51,798 nucleotides of DNA from a virus. Lineage: Duplodnaviria > Caudoviricetes. The notes under the pieces were generated by a model. The model was given only the letters and a program-made list of their open reading frames with translations. It was not told where the DNA came from and did not search any database. The position numbers and the translations under genes are program-made. Shown here piece by piece: positions 46,931 through 51,798 of the stretch. How positions within the stretch are numbered: position 1 is the stretch's first letter; each line of letters begins with the position of its first letter. Location: IMG/VR virus record IMGVR_UViG_3300035322_000166, positions 1 through 51,798 of that record, one strand, 5' to 3'.

Positions 46931-48416
46931 TAATGCAGCAGACACTGCTGAAAAACAATTAAAAAGAATTAGTTCTAGCATGTGTTATGCAAAATGGGCA
47001 CAAGTAAGTATGCACTTAACAAATGGTACTACACACAGTTGTTATCACCCTCCTTTGCACAAAATAGATGTGGAAGAAATTGTAAACACACCAAGTGCCT
47101 TGCACAATACAAAACAAAAGAAATCAGAGCGGTCTCAAATGTTAAAAGGCGAGCGTCCTAGCGGATGCACTTATTGCTGGAAGATTGAAGATCAAGGCGG
47201 CCGTAGTGATCGTATATATAGATCAGGCGAGTACTGGGCACAAAATGCAAGAAGTGATATTATTGATGTACTTGACACAGGTAACATTACTCCTAGATAT
47301 GTAGAAGTTAATTTTAATCAAGCATGTAATTTAAAGTGTATGTATTGTAGCCCGCACCTAAGCACAGCGTGGCATGATGAAATAAAACAACATGGACCTT
47401 ACCAACTTGTAGACACAAAGCATAACGATACTACTGCACTAGCAGAACAAGGACTCATGCCACTTAACGTACCACAAGCTGAGAATCCATACTTGCGAGC
47501 ATTTTGGCAATGGTGGCCAGAGCTGTATAAAAAATTAGAAGTATTTCGTATTACAGGTGGCGAACCTCTAATGGATGTAAACACTTTTAAAGTTTTAGAT
47601 TACATATACAAACATCCTAATACTTCTTTAGAAATGAGCATTACAACAAATATGAGTCCGCCTAAGACTGAACTGTTTGACAAATTTATTTCTAAAACAA
47701 AAAAGTTAGAAGAAATACAAATATGGGAAGACAAAGAAAAGTTTAATCCTGGTAGTGGAAACAATTGGTATGTTAATCCTGCACTAAAAAATTTAGCATT
47801 GTTTGTTAGTGTAGATTCAGTAGACGAACAAGCAGAGTATATTCGCACTGGTTTAGATTACAAGTTAATGCAACAAAATATAAACACATTTTTGCAAGAA
47901 ACTAACAATACTACTTTAACTTTTATTAACACATTCAATGCTTTAAGTTTGCCCGGCTTTAAAAAGTTCTTGACAAATGTGTTAGAATTGCGTAAACTAT
48001 ATAGTAAGGAGTTACAAGGTATAAAGTATATTCCAATTGTTGATCCATACAACACGCATGATGATTACGAAATACATCCACGTCAGCGAATATGGTTTGA
48101 TGTGCCATTGCTTAGAGATCCAGCATGGCAAAATATGAATATACTACCTAGAGAATATAGTTATATGATTAAAGATGCACTTGACTTTATGAAGGAAAAT
48201 TCAAACGTAGATAACTTTGCAGGATTTTACGATTTTGAAATTGCAAAAGTAGAACGTAACTTGGAAATGTTTTTAGCAGCTCCAAGGCACGATTTAACTA
48301 CACAGCGTAAAAACTTTGTAATGCATATGACACAACATGACCAACGCAGAGAAACAAATTTTGAACAAACGTTTCCGGAATATGCTAATATGATAAATGA
48401 TTGGAAAAACTTGTAA
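46917..48416 (+). CDS. Radical SAM protein with N-terminal twitch-like Fe-S domain, paralog of 41363-42727
   Basis: CNLKCMYC and TGGEP; N-terminal CYAKW...THSCYHP...GCTYCW. Confidence 0.9.
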   Translation: MSDYNNAADTAEKQLKRISSSMCYAKWAQVSMHLTNGTTHSCYHPPLHKIDVEEIVNTPSALHNTKQKKSERSQMLKGERPSGCTYCWKIEDQGGRSDRIYRSGEYWAQNARSDIIDVLDTGNITPRYVEVNFNQACNLKCMYCSPHLSTAWHDEIKQHGPYQLVDTKHNDTTALAEQGLMPLNVPQAENPYLRAFWQWWPELYKKLEVFRITGGEPLMDVNTFKVLDYIYKHPNTSLEMSITTNMSPPKTELFDKFISKTKKLEEIQIWEDKEKFNPGSGNNWYVNPALKNLALFVSVDSVDEQAEYIRTGLDYKLMQQNINTFLQETNNTTLTFINTFNALSLPGFKKFLTNVLELRKLYSKELQGIKYIPIVDPYNTHDDYEIHPRQRIWFDVPLLRDPAWQNMNILPREYSYMIKDALDFMKENSNVDNFAGFYDFEIAKVERNLEMFLAAPRHDLTTQRKNFVMHMTQHDQRRETNFEQTFPEYANMINDWKNL

Positions 48417-50956
48417 TGTATGATATGGTTTTTGTAGGACCAAAATCAGAGCGTTACAATAATTTAAAACAAAAATACGCAATGCTCAAACATGCTAAAG
48501 ACGTAGATATAGCAAGATCTTTATCTATGACAAGGATGTTTTGGATTATCTGGGACGATGTGCAAGTGTGTGATGATTTTGATTTTGATTACCAAGCAGA
48601 TCAATGGAGTCAAGATGTAGTACATGTTTTTAAAAATCATAATAGTTTTGACGGTATAATCCTAGTTCCTAAGAGTGCTACTATTACAGAAGAACAAATT
48701 AAGCATAGAAGTTTCTCTGAAAAAAAAGAAGTTGATATTATAGCAAGTATTCCTTCCTCTTACGATGTATTTGAAATAAGCTCCTATGATGATTATGTAT
48801 ATGCTTTAGAAAATAGTTCAACTGAAATGTTTTGGATGAGTAGTAATAATCTAAAAATTGATAACAATCTAGTTAACAGTTTTTATATTTCTCATCATGA
48901 AATAATTGATAGAACACAAAATCATGCATTTATACATCGTGTAGGCGATACTGATTACTATAATGGTGTATTTTTATGTAGTAAACATGCTTCACTATCA
49001 AAGCGTGAAGTTGAATATAGATTTCCAGTCAATAGAAAAGAATGGGATGTAGTTGCAAGTGGCCCTGCAAAATATGATATATTTAAAGTAGATTCATATA
49101 AAGATTATGAATATGCATTACAAAACTCATCTACTGAAATGTTCTGGATGATACCATCAGACGTTAATGTATGTGATGATTTTAAATTTGATTTATATTT
49201 TAATTTTGACAACGATTATGACAGAAAAACAAATCATGTATTTAAAAATAGCGAGTGTTATGACGGTATAATACTATGCAGTAAATATTTACCAATTAGT
49301 CAGCGTGAAATTGATCACAGATTTATTGTAAATGCAAAACAGTGGGATATAGTAGCAAGCACTCCTAAACCCTATGACTTATACTATATAGAAACTTGGG
49401 AAGATTATGAACACGCAACAGCTAGTAGTTCGACAGAAATGTTTTGGGCTGTGTCTCATAACTTAAAATATGATCGATCTTTTATAGACAGTTTTTATTT
49501 TAGTCATCACAATACCTATGATAGAAATGAAAATCATTCTTTTGCACATAGTGTTGGCGATAAGAAATTGCACAACGGCGTATTCCTGTGTTCAAAAAAC
49601 AAACCTCTAAATAAAAAACAAATAGATTATCGATTCTTAGTAAATGCAAAACAATGGGACGATGTTGTTAGTGGTCCTACACAGTATGATATTTTCGAAG
49701 CAGACACATACCAAGAGTATTTAGATGTACTTAAACAATGCAACAAAGAAATGTTTTGGATAGTGCCAGCCCATGTTGATCCATGTAAAGACTTTAAGTT
49801 TGATTTATACTTTAGTCATGATAACGAATACGATAGAAAAATAAATCATGTATTTAAAAATGACAAATATTATGATGGAATTATTCTGTGTAGTAAACAT
49901 AGTGTAATTAGTCAGCGTGAATTTGAACATAAATTTTTAGTAACAAGTAAAAAAGAACACGATATACAAGCAAGTACGCCTAGGCCGTACGAAGTCTTTC
50001 ATGTTTCTACTTACAATGATTATATAAATGCTAGAGAGACTTCTAAGTTTGAAATGTTTTGGTTAACGTTTGACGACATAAATGTACAGAATAATTTTAA
50101 GTTTGATATGTACTTTCCGCATTATGATACCTACAACAGAAATATTAATCATGTTTTTAAAAATGGAAAGTATTATGATGGCATAATACTTGCAAGTAAA
50201 AATGAACCAATATCAGAACGAGAGTTTTTGTTTAGATTTTTGGCTAGAAAAAAAGAACAAAACATTATAGCATCAATGCCTGCACCATATGACGTTGTAT
50301 TCATAAGTTATCAAGAACCTAATGCAGATGAAAATTACAGGCTTCTTAAAGAGAAGGTTCCTAACGCAAAACGTATACATGGTGTTAAAGGTATACATCA
50401 GGCACACATAGAAGCTGCAAAGCAGTGTAAGACACCAATGTTTTATATTGTAGATGGCGATGCACTTATAATGGATGACTTTAATTTTGATCACCAAGTT
50501 GCTGCTTGGCAATATGATCATGTATTTGTATGGCGCAGTCAAAACCCTATTAATGATATGGTATACGGTTATGGTGGCCTTAAATTGTTTCCTACACAAC
50601 TTACAATAGATATGGATACAACTAAACCTGATATGACTACAAGTATTAGTAAAAAGTTTAATGCAATGCCAGACATTGCAAATATTACTGCGTTTAATAC
50701 CGGACCATTTGAAACTTGGAAAAGTGCATTTAGAGAATGTGCTAAATTAAGTTCGAAAGTAATTGACAGACAAAAGGATGACGAAACAAATGCAAGACTT
50801 AAAACTTGGACAACTGTGGGGCAAGATAGACTGTTTGGTAAGTATGCTTTGGCAGGTGCTACCGCTGGCATGCAGTTTGGCCTTTCTAATGGGGTTGACC
50901 TTAGGTTAATAAATGACTTTGATTGGTTAAAGGAGCAGTTTGATGCAAACATTTGA
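48416..50956 (+). CDS. Multi-repeat glycosyltransferase-like protein: six degenerate GT-A-like repeats plus a complete C-terminal GT-A domain
   Basis: Repeats of about 100 aa (YD..F...EMFW...NH.F...GI/VILCSK...AS.P); terminal domain YDVVFISYQEP...HGVKG...VDGD...YGYGGLK...WKSAFRE. Start placed at the TAATG overlap. Confidence 0.78.
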   Translation: MYDMVFVGPKSERYNNLKQKYAMLKHAKDVDIARSLSMTRMFWIIWDDVQVCDDFDFDYQADQWSQDVVHVFKNHNSFDGIILVPKSATITEEQIKHRSFSEKKEVDIIASIPSSYDVFEISSYDDYVYALENSSTEMFWMSSNNLKIDNNLVNSFYISHHEIIDRTQNHAFIHRVGDTDYYNGVFLCSKHASLSKREVEYRFPVNRKEWDVVASGPAKYDIFKVDSYKDYEYALQNSSTEMFWMIPSDVNVCDDFKFDLYFNFDNDYDRKTNHVFKNSECYDGIILCSKYLPISQREIDHRFIVNAKQWDIVASTPKPYDLYYIETWEDYEHATASSSTEMFWAVSHNLKYDRSFIDSFYFSHHNTYDRNENHSFAHSVGDKKLHNGVFLCSKNKPLNKKQIDYRFLVNAKQWDDVVSGPTQYDIFEADTYQEYLDVLKQCNKEMFWIVPAHVDPCKDFKFDLYFSHDNEYDRKINHVFKNDKYYDGIILCSKHSVISQREFEHKFLVTSKKEHDIQASTPRPYEVFHVSTYNDYINARETSKFEMFWLTFDDINVQNNFKFDMYFPHYDTYNRNINHVFKNGKYYDGIILASKNEPISEREFLFRFLARKKEQNIIASMPAPYDVVFISYQEPNADENYRLLKEKVPNAKRIHGVKGIHQAHIEAAKQCKTPMFYIVDGDALIMDDFNFDHQVAAWQYDHVFVWRSQNPINDMVYGYGGLKLFPTQLTIDMDTTKPDMTTSISKKFNAMPDIANITAFNTGPFETWKSAFRECAKLSSKVIDRQKDDETNARLKTWTTVGQDRLFGKYALAGATAGMQFGLSNGVDLRLINDFDWLKEQFDANI
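48761..50287 (+). repeat. Five tandem 300-312 nt domain repeats (A-B-A-B-B)
   Basis: Units start at 48761, 49073, 49373, 49685 and 49988, with lengths 104, 100, 104, 101 and 100 aa. Confidence 0.9.
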
Positions 50957-51785
50957 ATTGTTAGATAGATTTGAATTGCTTTATCCTACTAAAAGTAATT
51001 TAGCAGATTTGCGTAGAGCATATACTGATAAGGATTTAAGTAGTATTTTTCGACTAGTGAACGATAATAATAAAGAAGACCTACGTAAATTAGTTATGGA
51101 AGATAACACTTGGAAATTATGGCCTATATTAGACAGCTATGTACAAACACAGTTTATTGCAGCGTTTAAAAACTTCTTTGTCAATGAAACTAAAATATGG
51201 GACGATTGTTTTAGCAGAGGACAATTACAAAGTAAATTATGGTTAGTGCAAGAATTGCAAAAACTGAATGTAGATTTAGGAACAGTATATCTTTGTGCAG
51301 GATGGTACGCTACACTTGCTACAATGTTATTTGAAAGTAACATTAAAGTAGATAAAGTTAGATCTTTCGATGTTGATCCTACTTGTATGGATATAGCAGA
51401 AGTATTTAACAAGCCGTGGTTTGTTGATAGTTGGCGTTTCAAAGCAGTGACCAAAGATATTTTTCATATCACATATGACGAACATTGGTGGGAAAGTTGG
51501 AGCAATGCAAATAACAGAATGAGTAAACCGATACATGATGTACCAACTACAATTATTAACACAAGTTGTGAACATGTTGAGCCATTTAATCAATGGTACG
51601 ATAAAATACCAGAAGGTAAGCTAGTTGTATTACAAAGCAATAACTTTTTTGAAGTAGAAGAGCATGTGAATTGTGTAGATAGTATTGATGAATTTATAGC
51701 ATCGGCTCCTATGGATAATGTTTTATACAGCGGCGAACTAGAACTGCCCAAGTACAAGAGGTTTATGTTAATTGGATTTAAGTAA
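50943..51785 (+). CDS. Class I SAM-dependent methyltransferase-like protein
   Basis: VYLCAGWYA (motif I-like), RSFDVDP (acidic motif II) and IINTSCEH; ATG 7 nt after AGGAG. Confidence 0.68.
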   Translation: MQTFELLDRFELLYPTKSNLADLRRAYTDKDLSSIFRLVNDNNKEDLRKLVMEDNTWKLWPILDSYVQTQFIAAFKNFFVNETKIWDDCFSRGQLQSKLWLVQELQKLNVDLGTVYLCAGWYATLATMLFESNIKVDKVRSFDVDPTCMDIAEVFNKPWFVDSWRFKAVTKDIFHITYDEHWWESWSNANNRMSKPIHDVPTTIINTSCEHVEPFNQWYDKIPEGKLVVLQSNNFFEVEEHVNCVDSIDEFIASAPMDNVLYSGELELPKYKRFMLIGFK

Positions 51786-51798
51786 TTTAACACTAAGA

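Noticed and set aside
48401-48415. TTG start for the multi-repeat GT
   Set aside because: The TAATG-coupled ATG at 48416 gives MYD.., matching the repeat start.
51778-51784. TTAAGTA as a further late promoter
   Set aside because: It overlaps a stop codon at the window edge and the downstream gene is not visible.
37846-51785. Captured host LPS/capsule locus or RiPP cluster
   Set aside because: No Wzx, Wzy, ABC export or evident membrane proteins, and composition is similar to the phage genes. No precursor peptide or RRE domain was seen for the radical SAM enzymes.
1570-51793. Numerous 60-170 aa antisense ORFs (e.g. 6135-6638, 20980-21357, 32007-32456, 41926-42360)
   Set aside because: All lie opposite well-supported genes and show no recognisable motifs; they are expected shadows of codon bias.
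1-51798. Stop-codon reassignment, tRNAs, introns
   Set aside because: Genes are intact under the standard code and end in TAA, TAG or TGA. Intergenic gaps are about 80 nt or less and show no cloverleaf, and no gene looks split.

Overview
This window is a segment of a large, AT-rich, T4-superfamily-like (probably jumbo) myophage genome read with the standard genetic code. It has three blocks. (1) 41-4356, minus strand: a GIY-YIG nuclease, a small basic protein, the gp46/gp47 (Rad50/Mre11-like) recombination nuclease and an enlarged gp55-like late sigma factor, with near-perfect sigma70 promoters. (2) 4438-37779, plus strand: a late baseplate/tail module. It encodes gp48-like, gp53, a gp27-like hub, a gp5-like spike with a C-terminal GH19 hydrolase, a CHAP/NlpC-type peptidase, gp25, gp6, a 5195-aa giant wedge protein and three paralogous fibres, and several genes are preceded by TAA(A/G)TA boxes. 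(3) 37846-51785, plus strand: a 13-gene, roughly 14 kb operon behind a sigma70 promoter, in which every gene overlaps the next. It encodes glycosyltransferase-like proteins, two N-terminal-twitch radical SAM enzymes, an NDP-sugar epimerase/dehydratase, two SGNH-like proteins and a methyltransferase. The best candidate for an undescribed system is this operon, read as a phage-encoded glycan-building and glycan-tailoring pathway, possibly for virion or fibre glycosylation; it includes a glycosyltransferase carrying six degenerate copies of its own domain. The second candidate is a symmetric, about 300-aa Ser/Gln/Asn-rich coiled-coil hairpin inserted into a repeat of the giant baseplate protein. 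All family calls come from motif recognition by eye; no searches were run. No tRNA, CRISPR array, transposase or reverse transcriptase was recognised.
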